Shown piece after piece: positions 1 through 10,291 of a stretch of DNA of 64,000 bases. The notes beneath the pieces were generated by a model. It ran no database searches. It saw only the letters and a list, made by a program, of their open reading frames with translations, and was not told where the DNA came from. The DNA lies in the NCBI GenBank assembly GCA_021839245.1, contig JAKCBQ010000003.1:13970-77969 (forward strand), written 5' to 3'. Position numbers and translations under genes: made by a program. Source of the stretch: Pseudomonadota bacterium. GTDB taxonomy: Bacteria > Pseudomonadota > Gammaproteobacteria > JAKAQQ01. Each line of letters opens with the position of its first letter. Positions within the stretch are counted from its first letter, which is position 1.

Positions 1-591
1 CTCAACGACAAACCGTGGTTCCAGTGGTTCGGGAGCGGCACCTGGAACGAGCATCGGACACGGCGTGTCGGTCTGATCGGGGCCGCGATCACGATGATCT
101 TCGTCGGGCTGACCTACAACTACTATCGGGGCTCGATCTTCACGCCGTTCCACGGAGGGCCCGTGAGTCCCGCCAAGCACGCGATTCGACTCAGCCGGGG
201 CACGCTGCGCCAAGACGGTGAGGTACGCTTCCTGGCCGACGTCGACGCCGGAACCGCGGCCGAGCCCTCGAACATCGTCAACATCCTTTTGACGACCCCA
301 CGGGGCCGGCTCGTCGAACGCTGGAATTCACGGGCTCTTCGGACGCTGCCAAAACAGGACATCAAAAATATTTTTGCCTACAACAAGTTCGTGACGGCCT
401 ACGCGGGCTTGGGAGCCAAAGTCGGTGCCCAGGCCTGGATCACTCTCCCACCAGGGATTTCGGGGAGCACGCTCAAAATGGGGTCGTACCGGCTCGTCGT
501 GCGCACGGTCAACGGGCACAGCTTCCGTCTTCCCCTGACACTCTCCACCCGTGAGACGGCGGGAAAACATCCGGTGTCTCCGCCTCGCTGA
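1..591 (+). CDS. hypothetical protein, 5' end outside window
   Basis: Open frame runs in from the window edge (LNDKPWFQWFGSGTWNEH...) and stops at 591. No recognisable motifs, so the function call is weak. Confidence 0.35.
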   Translation, partial: LNDKPWFQWFGSGTWNEHRTRRVGLIGAAITMIFVGLTYNYYRGSIFTPFHGGPVSPAKHAIRLSRGTLRQDGEVRFLADVDAGTAAEPSNIVNILLTTPRGRLVERWNSRALRTLPKQDIKNIFAYNKFVTAYAGLGAKVGAQAWITLPPGISGSTLKMGSYRLVVRTVNGHSFRLPLTLSTRETAGKHPVSPPR

Positions 592-756
592 ACACGAGAA
601 AACGGAGCCGTCCGTGCCTCGGGCCGGGCGGCTCCGCCCGCGGAGCGGGCAAGGATGACAAGGGATCCGTGTACGGTTCTCCGAGACACGAACCCGATCG
701 CCCTTGGCCATGACCCGGGGCGATGGCCAAGGAAACCGCCCAGTCCACGCTTGAAA

Positions 757-2415
757 TCAGAGGAAGGTACGATCCAGAATCCGTTCGCCCTCCCCCACCT
801 GTGGCGTCAACCCCGCCACCGATCCCCAAGAGGCATGATCGAGGCGGCTCCTGAGGAACGAGGGGTAAAGATCACCATCGAGAATCGTGCGCAGTTCGAA
901 GGCTTGTGCAACCAAGACCAACCGAGCGGACAAGAGGCGTGCGAGAGCGGGTTCGGCGACGGCGTCATACGCCAGCCGAACGAGGTCGTGGACGGCCCGT
1001 CGGAGCCCCGGATCACCGCCCGATCGGCGTTCCCAATCCGCGAAGAGTGCGCGCGATTCCTCCGGATAGACCCGTAGTGTCCGCAGCACATCGAGACACA
1101 CGACGTTCCCTGAGCCCTCCCATATAGAATTGACCGGCGCCTCGCGGTAGAAGCGCGCCAGAGCACTTTCTTCGACGTACCCGTTCCCGCCGAGGATCTC
1201 CGCGCATTCCGCCAGCGCGGAAACCGTGCGCTTGCACACCCAGAACTTGGCGGCAGGGACAAGAAGACGACGCGCGACAACATCCAACGGATCGGTTCCT
1301 TCGCTCAACCGGGCGAGGGCCACACCAAGAGATGTGGCGGACGCGCTTTCAAGCGCAAGATCCGCAAGGACGGATACCATGAGCGGCTGATCGACGAGCC
1401 GACGGCCGAACGCCATGCGGGCACGAGTGTAGTGAACCGCCTCGGTCAGTCCCTGACGCAGCAACGCCGCGCTTCCCAGGACGTTGTCGAGACGGGTCGT
1501 TCCGGCCATCTCCATGAGAAGAGCGAGCCCACGCCCCGGCTCCCCGAGCCGGTACGCCCAGGCATTCTCGAACACCGCCTCGGCCGTCGCATTGCCACGG
1601 TTACCGACCTTGTCCTTGAGACGCTCGAGGAAGATCGTGTTGCGACTCCCGTCCGGAAGAACGCGCGGCACGCAGTAACAGCCAAAACGGTCTTGCCCGT
1701 CTCGGGCAAGAACGAGGTGGGCATCGGATTGCGGCGCAGAGAAAAACCATTTGCGGCCCGACAAACGATAAAGCCGGGAACCGTCGGACCGCCCGACGGG
1801 CGTCGCCCGTGTCGTGACGCGGCGAAGATCGGAGCCGCCCTGAATCTCGGTGAGACCCATCCCGACCAGACCACTCGTCTTGCCGGCGAGAGGCCGCTCG
1901 GACGGATCGTAGGTTCGCCCGCCAAGAGCCCCACCGACGGCACGCCAAAGAGTATCCTCACGCTCGAGAAGCGGGATAGCGGCGTAGGTCATCGTCGTCG
2001 GGCAAAGCGTGGCGGCGTCGATCCGGCCGTGCAGGAGATAGAGGGCGGCCCGCGCTACCGAGCTTCCTTTGCGCGCCCCCGCGCCCGCGGGGATGTGAAG
2101 TCCTGCTTCGACACACGAGCCCTGAAGCGCATGCCAGGCGGGGTGGAAGACCAGCCGGTCGATACGGCGACCGCGCGAATCGTAACGCTCAAGCCGTGGC
2201 GGGACCAGATCCGCCTCACGGGCCAGAGCCCGCCAAGACGGGTCCGCCAACCTCTGACCTTCGGCCCGGAGCGTGTCCTCGGCCCATCCACACTTGTGAC
2301 GCGCAACCGCCGCGCGAAGAACAGGATCGTCGAGATAAAGACTCCCGCAGCTCCACTCCGGGACGACGTTCTCCTGCGGCCAAGAGAACACAACATCGGA
2401 AGTTTCTGTGCCCAC
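757..2415 (-). CDS. aidB: acyl-CoA dehydrogenase family protein, AidB-like
   Basis: 552 aa. Recalled E. coli AidB aligns over long blocks (YDxxGRRxDxVxFHPAWH, LCPxTMTxAAxPLL, GMGxTExQGGSD, HKWFFSxPQSDAHLVLA, PDGxRNxIxLERLKDKxGNR). C-terminus has the ACAD motif YREAPVNSIWEGSGN. Confidence 0.8.
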   Translation of the reverse strand: MGTETSDVVFSWPQENVVPEWSCGSLYLDDPVLRAAVARHKCGWAEDTLRAEGQRLADPSWRALAREADLVPPRLERYDSRGRRIDRLVFHPAWHALQGSCVEAGLHIPAGAGARKGSSVARAALYLLHGRIDAATLCPTTMTYAAIPLLEREDTLWRAVGGALGGRTYDPSERPLAGKTSGLVGMGLTEIQGGSDLRRVTTRATPVGRSDGSRLYRLSGRKWFFSAPQSDAHLVLARDGQDRFGCYCVPRVLPDGSRNTIFLERLKDKVGNRGNATAEAVFENAWAYRLGEPGRGLALLMEMAGTTRLDNVLGSAALLRQGLTEAVHYTRARMAFGRRLVDQPLMVSVLADLALESASATSLGVALARLSEGTDPLDVVARRLLVPAAKFWVCKRTVSALAECAEILGGNGYVEESALARFYREAPVNSIWEGSGNVVCLDVLRTLRVYPEESRALFADWERRSGGDPGLRRAVHDLVRLAYDAVAEPALARLLSARLVLVAQAFELRTILDGDLYPSFLRSRLDHASWGSVAGLTPQVGEGERILDRTFL

Positions 2416-2679
2416 GATACGAATCTCCGGTCACACCCGAAAGACATTACAGCTTACTCTTTCCGGGGATGGGAGGACTCGCAACTCCGGTGGCTCGACG
2501 ACAGAACACGTGCCTCAGGACGACAGGAATAGAGCCCAGCGCACGCGACGAAGGCCGAGACCCGACACACACTCTGCGTTGGGTGCGAACGACCCTCACA
2601 AGTCGCCGCGATCTCGGGGAAGCACCGCGGAAGGAAGTAGACTTGAACGGCTGATTCAGTGTGGTGTGGGAGAGCCGAC

Positions 2680-4092
2680 GTGAACGCCTTGATCCTTTCG
2701 CGCATCCAATTCGCCCTCACGGCCATGTTCCACATCCTCTGGCCGGTTCTCACGATCGGTCTTTCCATCTTCCTCGTCATCCTCGAGGCGCTTTGGATCC
2801 GCACGGGTCGGGACGATTACTACCGCCACGCCCGGTTCTGGAGCAAGCTCTTCATCCTCAACTTCGGGATTGGGGTGGCTTCCGGCGTTCCTCTCGAGTT
2901 CGAGTTCGGCGCCAACTGGTCGCATTTCTCGACCGTGGCCGGGGACTTCTTCGGCAACATCCTGGGATTCGAAGGCGCGATGGCCTTCATGCTCGAGGCG
3001 GGATTTCTCGGCCTCATGCTTTTCGGTTGGCGGAGACTCAACCCCAAGATTCATCTCTTTGCCACCACCATGGTGGCGCTCGGCGCTTCGCTCTCGGCTT
3101 TCTGGATCATGGTGGCGAACAGCTGGATGCAAACGCCCGCGGGCGGATATTTTGCCCGCGGCCACTTCGTAATCACAAACTACCTCGCCGCGATCTTCAA
3201 TCCCGACACCCTTTGGTCCGTGACCCACATGTGGGTCGCTTGCCTCGAAACGAGTCTTTTGGTCATCGCGGGCTTGTCGGCATGGTTCATCCGCCGGGGA
3301 CGGGCCAAAGAGTTTTTTCTCGTGTCCCTGCGCCTGGCCCTCATCACGGCCCTCGTTGTGGCTCCGACCCAGATCTGGCTCGGCGACGGAAGCGGGCGGA
3401 CCGTCTTCCGCTATCAGCCGGCCAAAGGAGCGGCCATCGAAGGACATTGGACGACGAACGCCCCCGGGCACGGCGCCGCTTGGGCTCTCGTCGCCTGGCC
3501 CGACCAAAGTGCCCAACGGAATCTTTGGGCGATCAAGATTCCCCACGCTCTGAGTCTTCTCGCCACACACCGCTGGAACGGACGGGTGGTGGGCCTGCGC
3601 CGCTTTCCGCGTGCCGATCAGCCGCCCCTCTTGCCCCTTCTCTTCTACGCTTTTCGGATCATGGTCGCGATCGGTTTCATCGTTCTTGGCCTGGCGCTCT
3701 GGAGCGCGTGGCTGTGGTGGCGCCACGAACTGGTTCCGGAGCGCGTCGGCCACCACCGCCGTTGGCTCACAGCCTGGATTTTGGCTCTTCCTCTCGGGTA
3801 CGTTGCGGTTGAATGCGGCTGGATCGTGCGCGAGGTTGGGCGTCAGCCCTGGATCATTTACGGCATCATGCGCACCGCTCAGGGGGTCTCGAAGATCCCG
3901 ACGGGCGACGTCCTCTTCTCGTCCCTTGGTTACATCATTCTCTACAGTCTTCTCGTGACCGCTTTCGTGGTTTTCTTCCGCCGCATCATGCGTCAAGGCC
4001 CCGACCTCACACTGACCCCACCTCCGCTTCATCCGCCCGTACCTTTTGCCCTGGACGCCCAAGCCAAGCCGCACGCTCTGGAGGACGACTGA
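2680..4092 (+). CDS. cydA: cytochrome bd ubiquinol oxidase subunit I, short Q-loop (CioA-like)
   Basis: N-terminus LSRIQFALTAMFHILWPVLTIGLS is typical of CydA. About 470 aa, which is the length of the short-Q-loop cyanide-insensitive subtype. GTG at 2680 is preceded by a GGGAGAG RBS; the ORF track's upstream GTG at 2659 is less likely. Confidence 0.85.
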   Translation: MNALILSRIQFALTAMFHILWPVLTIGLSIFLVILEALWIRTGRDDYYRHARFWSKLFILNFGIGVASGVPLEFEFGANWSHFSTVAGDFFGNILGFEGAMAFMLEAGFLGLMLFGWRRLNPKIHLFATTMVALGASLSAFWIMVANSWMQTPAGGYFARGHFVITNYLAAIFNPDTLWSVTHMWVACLETSLLVIAGLSAWFIRRGRAKEFFLVSLRLALITALVVAPTQIWLGDGSGRTVFRYQPAKGAAIEGHWTTNAPGHGAAWALVAWPDQSAQRNLWAIKIPHALSLLATHRWNGRVVGLRRFPRADQPPLLPLLFYAFRIMVAIGFIVLGLALWSAWLWWRHELVPERVGHHRRWLTAWILALPLGYVAVECGWIVREVGRQPWIIYGIMRTAQGVSKIPTGDVLFSSLGYIILYSLLVTAFVVFFRRIMRQGPDLTLTPPPLHPPVPFALDAQAKPHALEDD

Positions 4093-4093
4093 C

Positions 4094-5110
4094 ATGCTCA
4101 CGGTTCACAGCTTCCTCGTCACGGTGTGGTTTCTCCTTCTCGGCGTGATCCTCGCACTCTACGTCATCCTCGACGGATTCACGATTGGTGTCGGGATGCT
4201 GAGTCTGTTCTCCCCCACGGAAGAACGGCGCTCGGTCCTGATCGCGACGCTCGGTAGCGTCTGGGACGCGAATGAAACCTGGCTCATCCTCCTGGGGGGG
4301 GCTTTGTTCGGCGCTTTCCCCGTCGTGTACGGCCTGATTCTCCACGCCCTCTACATTCCGCTCTCGCTTCTTCTCTTCGCTCTCATCATTCGCGCCGCAT
4401 CTTTCGAGTTCCGCGAGCACGCGCACAACAAGAAGGGCTGGAACCTGGGGTTCAGCGGTGCCAGCGCCCTGATCGCTTTGAGCCAGGGGCTGATCCTCGG
4501 CGATCTCATCCACGGGCTTCCTCTTCGCCACGGGCACTACATCGGAGGCACTTGGGGATGGATCCACCCCTTCTCGCTGGCCGTTGCGGTGGGTGTCCTG
4601 GCCGGCTACGGGCTTCTCGGAGCCACCTATCTTGTCCTGAGAACCGAGGATCCTATCCAGGGGCGTGCCCGGATCGCGAGCTACTGGTTGGCGGGGGTGA
4701 CCTTCGTTGTGGCCCTCCTCGTGACCGTCTGGACGCCGCTGAGTTATCCGCGCATCGCGCACGAGTGGTTCGGACCCCGCTTTTGGCTCTTTGTCTGGCT
4801 TCCCCTGATCGCCGTCGGGGCGTTTGCCCTGCTCATCCGGTCGCTCAGACGCGGTCATGAAGCGCTTCCCTTCGTCGCCACCGTCATCATCTTTCTGGCC
4901 TCGTTCGGCGGACTGGCCACGAGCCTCTATCCGGACATCGTGCCGCCCTCCCTCACCCTCAAAGAGGCGGCGTCCGGCTCTCTCACTCTGGTCTTCATGC
5001 TCACGGGCATCGGCATTCTCCTTCCGATCATGTTGGTCTACAACGGCTACCAGTATCTTGTCTTTCGCGGCAAAGTCCGCATTGGGGAGAGCGCCTACAG
5101 CCACGAGTGA
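4094..5110 (+). CDS. cydB: cytochrome bd ubiquinol oxidase subunit II
   Basis: ATG lies 1 nt after the cydA stop. Polytopic membrane protein of CydB length; N-terminus MLTVHSFLVTVWFLLLGVILALYVILDGFTIGVGML. Confidence 0.85.
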   Translation: MLTVHSFLVTVWFLLLGVILALYVILDGFTIGVGMLSLFSPTEERRSVLIATLGSVWDANETWLILLGGALFGAFPVVYGLILHALYIPLSLLLFALIIRAASFEFREHAHNKKGWNLGFSGASALIALSQGLILGDLIHGLPLRHGHYIGGTWGWIHPFSLAVAVGVLAGYGLLGATYLVLRTEDPIQGRARIASYWLAGVTFVVALLVTVWTPLSYPRIAHEWFGPRFWLFVWLPLIAVGAFALLIRSLRRGHEALPFVATVIIFLASFGGLATSLYPDIVPPSLTLKEAASGSLTLVFMLTGIGILLPIMLVYNGYQYLVFRGKVRIGESAYSHE

Positions 5111-5256
5111 ACGGGCAGGAAAGGCCACACCCTCAGACGCTTCGATCTCCGGAAGAGCCCTGCCACGAGCCACGGTTTCTGCTCAGGCTGGATATAATGA
5201 CCGTGCTGGACATCAGGAAATCGCGTCGGGGAACCGGGACGAGGATCCGAAATCAA

Positions 5257-5333
5257 GGCTACGTAGCTCAGCCGGTTAGAGCGCGGCACTCATAATGCTG
5301 AGGTCGGTGGTTCGAGCCCACCCGTAGCCACCA
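5257..5333 (+). tRNA. tRNA-Met (CAT), elongator type, CCA encoded
   Basis: GGCTACGTAGCTCAGCCGGTTAGAGCGCGGCACTCATAATGCTGAGGTCGGTGGTTCGAGCCCACCCGTAGCCACCA folds as a cloverleaf with a 7-bp acceptor stem and CAT anticodon. It closely matches the E. coli elongator tRNA-Met. Confidence 0.9.
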
Positions 5334-5535
5334 CTTCAGAGTCAATGTTGAGACGGGTCTTCTCAATGACAAGGCGAAGACACCCATCCGTAATGGCTCC
5401 CTCGGCGCAGAGGGCGGGCTTGAGATGTTCCCATTCATTGACCGGGGTGCACAGCGCTTCGCCTGCGCCGTCGAGATCGTGTTCAAGGAGCACTGCATAA
5501 GGCGCCCAGGGGTTCGTTTCGACTCGCATGGTCAT
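5290..5535 (-). CDS. small hypothetical ORF reading into the 3' half of tRNA-Met
   Basis: 81-aa ORF with a GGAG RBS 8 nt upstream of its ATG. Its last ~15 codons are antisense to the tRNA. Could be real, or a remnant left at a tRNA integration hotspot. Confidence 0.25.
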   Translation of the reverse strand: MTMRVETNPWAPYAVLLEHDLDGAGEALCTPVNEWEHLKPALCAEGAITDGCLRLVIEKTRLNIDSEVVATGGLEPPTSAL

Positions 5536-5753
5536 AGAACTTCTACTCCTTGCTCAAGATCATCGTGTCAGACCTCCCACGCAAACACGCTGCCCACGAG
5601 GTCGGTGCAGAATTGACGAAAAGAACGATACACAACTCATCCAGCGCACACGCGCAATCTGCAACTGTTGACATCAACACTCGAGAGTCGGCTTCAACCC
5701 TACACAGACCCATCCTCTGGACTCACCCGCCCCCTTGAGCGTTCTGTTGATGC

Positions 5754-5781
5754 AACAGTTTGTTACAAACAGTTTGTTACA
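5754..5781. promoter_or_regulatory. perfect tandem duplication of the 14-mer AACAGTTTGTTACA, about 160 nt upstream of mdtA
   Basis: Seen directly at 5754-5767 and 5768-5781. Each unit contains the inverted repeat AACA-N3-TGTT. Candidate operator for an efflux-operon regulator. Confidence 0.35.
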
Positions 5782-5940
5782 GAAAGAGGAGCCTGAATTC
5801 CGCTCAACCGTCATCGGTATCTTTACACTATGAGCATGCCGACCCCGCACGCATCCAGTCGAACAGACTCTCCTTGGAGAGTCCGCCGTTGCTTCTCTCA
5901 CTTTGTCCGCGGCGCCCGTCGCACGCAGGAGATCTGAACG

Positions 5941-7103
5941 TGAAACAGAAATACCGCTGGCCCCTCCTGGGCGGCGCGCTCCTCATCATTGTGCTCGTCG
6001 TGGTGGTCTTAGGATTGCTCTCCTCGAAGAGTACTCCCTTGAAGAGAGGAGCCACTCCTGTTCCGATCGAAGTCGCCGTGGCGCGCCGGGCCACGGTCCC
6101 CGTCTATCTCCGCGCACTCGGAACGGTCGTCCCGTACCGCACGGTCACCGTCGAACCGATGATCACCGGACCTCTTCTCCATGTGTATTTTCACGAGGGG
6201 CAAAACATCCGCCAAGGCCAACTTCTCGCGGAAATCGATCCAAAGCCCTTCGCGGCCGCCTTGCGCCAGGCCCAGGCCAAACTCGCACAGGATGAGGCGA
6301 CCCTCGAAAGCGATGCGCTCACCGCGCAGCAGGACGCGTTGCTCGTCAAGAAGGGGTTTGTCTCCCGTCAAACGTACATTGCCGCACGTTCCGCCTGGCT
6401 GGCCGCCAAGGCACAAATCAAACAAGACCAGGCGAGCATCGAGACCGCGCAGATCAATCTCGGATACACCCGTATCGCGGCCCCCGTGTCCGGACGCACC
6501 GGGATTCTGCAGGTTGATCCGGGAAATATCGTGACCCCGAATCTTCCCAACGGCATCGTCACAATCAACACGCTTCAACCCATTTACATCCAGTTCAGTC
6601 TCCCCCAGAAAGATCTCAACGCCATCAACCGTGCGATGTCCACCGGGGACGTCCCCTTGCTTGCAACACGCAAAGGAGCCGGCATCAAAGCCGCGGAGAT
6701 CGATCGCGGCGTGCTCACGGTGCTCGACAACCAGATCAACGCCAGCACCGGGACCCTGACGTTGAGAGGACGCTTCCCGAATCCCAACCTGGACCTCTGG
6801 CCCGGTGCCTACGCCAACGTGCGCGTGCAAATCCGTACCCTCAAGAACGTCGTCGTTGTCCCGTCGGTAGCAGTGCAAGAAGGACCGGCCGGTTCCTTCG
6901 TGTACCTCGTGACAGGAGACGCCCGGGCGCCCCACGGACCAAAGGTGGCGATGCATCCGGTGACCGTTCGCTACGAAAGCGGATCCCTGGCCGTGATCGG
7001 CTCCGGGCTTGCACCGGGCAGCACCGTCGTCACGGAGGGAGGATCCCAGATTCGCGCTCACGTACCGGTCAAGATCGTCGGCCACACGTCCTTCACACCG
7101 TGA
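5941..7103 (+). CDS. mdtA: RND efflux membrane fusion protein (MdtA-like)
   Basis: GTG start follows an AGGAG RBS. Has an N-terminal TM/signal anchor (WPLLGGALLIIVLVVVVLG) and HlyD-like biotinyl/lipoyl and beta-barrel regions. Directly precedes two RND permease genes. Confidence 0.8.
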
Positions 7104-10100
7104 ACATTTCGGGCCCTTTCATCGCGCGCCCCGTCGCGACCAGCCTCCTCGCGATCGCGGTGCTCCTCACCGGGATTCTGGGCTACATGGCGCTGCCTGT
7201 CTCGTCGTTGCCGCAGGTCTCGTTCCCAACGATCCAGGTCGTGACCAAACTGCCGGGCGCCTCACCGGACACGGTCTCGAAGCTGATCACTGCGCCTCTC
7301 GAGAGGCAGTTCGGAGAAATCGCCGGTCTTGCCGCGATGAGTTCGGTCTCGGGAGAGGGAACGAGCGCGATCACGCTTCGCTTCTCACTCAGTGTGTCCA
7401 TGTCCACGGCAGCGCAGGACGTGCAAGCTGCGATCAACGCCGCCGCAGGCGAGCTCCCGCCGAACCTCCAGTACCCGCCGGTTTACCGCGAGGTCAACCC
7501 GGCCGACGCTCCGATTCTGACACTCGCCCTGACGTCACGCACGCTTCCGCTCTACCGGGTGGCGAACATCGCTCAGACGATGTTTTTGCAGAAACTTTCG
7601 GAAATTCAAGGTGTCGGCGAGGTCACCATCGCCGGAGGCTTGCGCAAAGCCTTGCGCATCAACGTCAACCCGATCGAGCTTGCGGCGTACGGGCTCTCTC
7701 TTGAGGACGTTCGTAACGCGGTCGCCAACGCCAACCAGGCCGGAGCCACCGGCGGCCTGCAGGGCGCCAACCAGGCCTACGCCATCGGGACCAACGACCA
7801 ACTCGCACTCGCACGTCAATACAGGCGTCTTCTGATCGCTTACCGTAACGGAGCGCCGGTCACGCTCGCCTCGGTCGGTTCCGTCTCCGCCGGCCTCGAA
7901 AACAACCAGGAGCTCGCCAGTTACAACAACGTCCCGGCTGTGGTTCTCAGCATCCATCGCCAGCCGGGCGCCAACATCGTCAGCACCGTCGGTCGTGTAG
8001 AAGGCGCCCTGAGCCACCTCAGGACGCTCCTCCCCCACGGTGTTCATCTCGACGTCGTGGCCAATCGAACCGGCACGATCAAAGCGTCCGTGAGAGACGT
8101 TCAGCTCACGCTCGTTGTGGCCATGCTGCTCGTCATTCTCGTCATTTTTCTCTTCCTGCCCAACCCACGCGCCACCCTGATCCCGGCGGTGGCGTTGCCG
8201 CTATCGATCATCGGCACGTTTGCGGTCATGTACGGTCTGGGATACCAGCTGGACAATCTCTCCCTGATGGCGCTCACGGTCGCCACAGGCTTTGTCGTCG
8301 ACGACGCCATCGTCATGATCGAGAACATCGTGCGATTCGTGGAAGCCGGCGAACCCCCCCTGCGGGCGGCGTATCTCGGAGCCGGCCAGATCGGCTTCAC
8401 GATCGTCTCGTTGACCGTCTCCCTGGTGGCCGTTTTCATCCCCCTCCTCTTCATGACCGGGGTCATCGGGAGGCTGTTTTCCGAGTTCGCGGTCACGCTC
8501 TCCGTCGCCGTGGTGGTCTCGGCGCTCGTGTCCTTGACGCTCACCCCGATGATGGGTGCGCGTCTCCTCAAGTCGGCGGCAGAGGTGCGCCCAAACTTCC
8601 TCGCGCGCAAGGCGGAGGGGGCCCTCGAGCACACGCGTCAGGCTTACGCACGCGCTCTGGATTGGTGTCTTCGTCACCGAGGGTTCATGCTGGCGGTCTT
8701 CGGTGGGACGGTAGCGTTGACGGCGGTTCTCTTCGTCGTCGTCCCCAAAGCGCTTCTGCCCGAAGTCGACACCGGTGAGATCGTCGCCGTGACAGAAGGA
8801 GCTCAAAGCATTTCGCTCCCCGCGATGGCGCACCTCCAGAACCGGGCGGTCGCGGTCATCATGCACAACCCGTATGTCGCGGGCGTAACGTCCCTGGTCG
8901 GAGCCGGTGCCACCAATCCGACCCCCAACACCGGGCGGCTCACGATTGTTCTCAAACCCCTCGGCCATCGCCCGGGCATCAACACCGTCATGGGCGAACT
9001 GCGGCATTCGCTCAAAGAGTTACCGGGATTGCAGTTCTACATGCAGCCCGTTCAGGACATCACCCTGTCCTCGCGCGTCACGCCGGCCCAATACCAATAC
9101 ACACTCACGGACACCAACGCCGCGGAACTCCGCGTCTGGGCCAAGCGGATCAAGATGGCCTTGCAGGCGCAACACGAGATTCGTGACGTCACGAGCGACC
9201 AAATGAACCGCGGGCTCGAAGCCCAAGTGGATGTGAACCGAACGACGGCCGCACGGCTCGGGGTGACCATGGCGACGATCGAGAACATTCTCTACGACGC
9301 CTTCGGCCAACGCCAGATCACAACCGTCTACACCAGCAACGCTCAATACCGCGTCGTTCTGGGCGTGGGCCCGCGTTGGGCCACCTCTCCCGCCGCGCTC
9401 GAGAATATCTATGTCCCGACGGGGGCTCCGGCGGGCTCGTCCGTCGGCGCCGGCGGACCGGCCTCAGCGGTCAGCGGAAGCTCCACTCTCGGGTTTGCTT
9501 CCACCTCCGCCACCCCGAGCCCCGAGGTTCCGCTGGGCACCATCGCCCGCATCCGCGTTCGCCACACACCTCTTGTGATCACTCGCGAAAACCAGTTCCC
9601 TTCCGTCACGTTGAGTTTCAATACCGCATCAGGGGTCAGCCTCGGCACGGCCGAATCGGTCGTCCGACACATCGAGCGTCGTCTGCGCGTCCCCGCGTCG
9701 GTGGAAGGAACGTTCTCCGGCGCCGCGGCGGAGTTCCAGAAATCTCTCACCGACGAGCCTTGGCTCATCTTGGCCGCCGTCATCGTCATCTACATCGTGC
9801 TCGGGGTCTTGTACGAAAACCCGATCCATCCCATCACGATTCTGTCGACGCTGCCGTCCGCCGGAGTCGGGGCGTTTCTCGCCCTGATGCTCACAGGCAC
9901 ACCGTTCACGATCGTGGCCCTGGTGGGGATCGTCCTCCTCATGGGCATCGTCAAGAAAAACGGCATCATCATGGTCGATTTCGCCATCGAAGCCGAGCGC
10001 GAGCGGGGGCTCTCCCCCACGGAGGCCATCACGGAGGCCGCGCTTCTGCGGTTTCGCCCGATCATGATGACGACGATGGCGGCCCTTCTGGGCGCCGTCC

Positions 10101-10288
10101 CCCTGGTGTTTGAAGGCGGAGCGGGTTGGGAACTCCGCGAACCCCTGGGGATCACCATCATCGGGGGATTGCTTCTCAGCCAGGTTCTGACACTCTTCAC
10201 CACCCCGGTCATCTATCTCGCCCTCGACCGGCTGCAAAAGCATCCCGCCCCCGCCGCGCCGATCGGGCTCGCTCAACCGGCGGTTTGA
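7100..10288 (+). CDS. mdtB: RND multidrug efflux permease (MdtB-like)
   Basis: 1062 aa. N-terminus MNISGPFIARPVATSLLAIAVLLTGILGYMALPVSSLPQVSFPTIQVVT matches the AcrB/MdtB family. Overlaps the mdtA stop. Confidence 0.85.
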   Translation: MNISGPFIARPVATSLLAIAVLLTGILGYMALPVSSLPQVSFPTIQVVTKLPGASPDTVSKLITAPLERQFGEIAGLAAMSSVSGEGTSAITLRFSLSVSMSTAAQDVQAAINAAAGELPPNLQYPPVYREVNPADAPILTLALTSRTLPLYRVANIAQTMFLQKLSEIQGVGEVTIAGGLRKALRINVNPIELAAYGLSLEDVRNAVANANQAGATGGLQGANQAYAIGTNDQLALARQYRRLLIAYRNGAPVTLASVGSVSAGLENNQELASYNNVPAVVLSIHRQPGANIVSTVGRVEGALSHLRTLLPHGVHLDVVANRTGTIKASVRDVQLTLVVAMLLVILVIFLFLPNPRATLIPAVALPLSIIGTFAVMYGLGYQLDNLSLMALTVATGFVVDDAIVMIENIVRFVEAGEPPLRAAYLGAGQIGFTIVSLTVSLVAVFIPLLFMTGVIGRLFSEFAVTLSVAVVVSALVSLTLTPMMGARLLKSAAEVRPNFLARKAEGALEHTRQAYARALDWCLRHRGFMLAVFGGTVALTAVLFVVVPKALLPEVDTGEIVAVTEGAQSISLPAMAHLQNRAVAVIMHNPYVAGVTSLVGAGATNPTPNTGRLTIVLKPLGHRPGINTVMGELRHSLKELPGLQFYMQPVQDITLSSRVTPAQYQYTLTDTNAAELRVWAKRIKMALQAQHEIRDVTSDQMNRGLEAQVDVNRTTAARLGVTMATIENILYDAFGQRQITTVYTSNAQYRVVLGVGPRWATSPAALENIYVPTGAPAGSSVGAGGPASAVSGSSTLGFASTSATPSPEVPLGTIARIRVRHTPLVITRENQFPSVTLSFNTASGVSLGTAESVVRHIERRLRVPASVEGTFSGAAAEFQKSLTDEPWLILAAVIVIYIVLGVLYENPIHPITILSTLPSAGVGAFLALMLTGTPFTIVALVGIVLLMGIVKKNGIIMVDFAIEAERERGLSPTEAITEAALLRFRPIMMTTMAALLGAVPLVFEGGAGWELREPLGITIIGGLLLSQVLTLFTTPVIYLALDRLQKHPAPAAPIGLAQPAV

Positions 10289-10291
10289 AAC

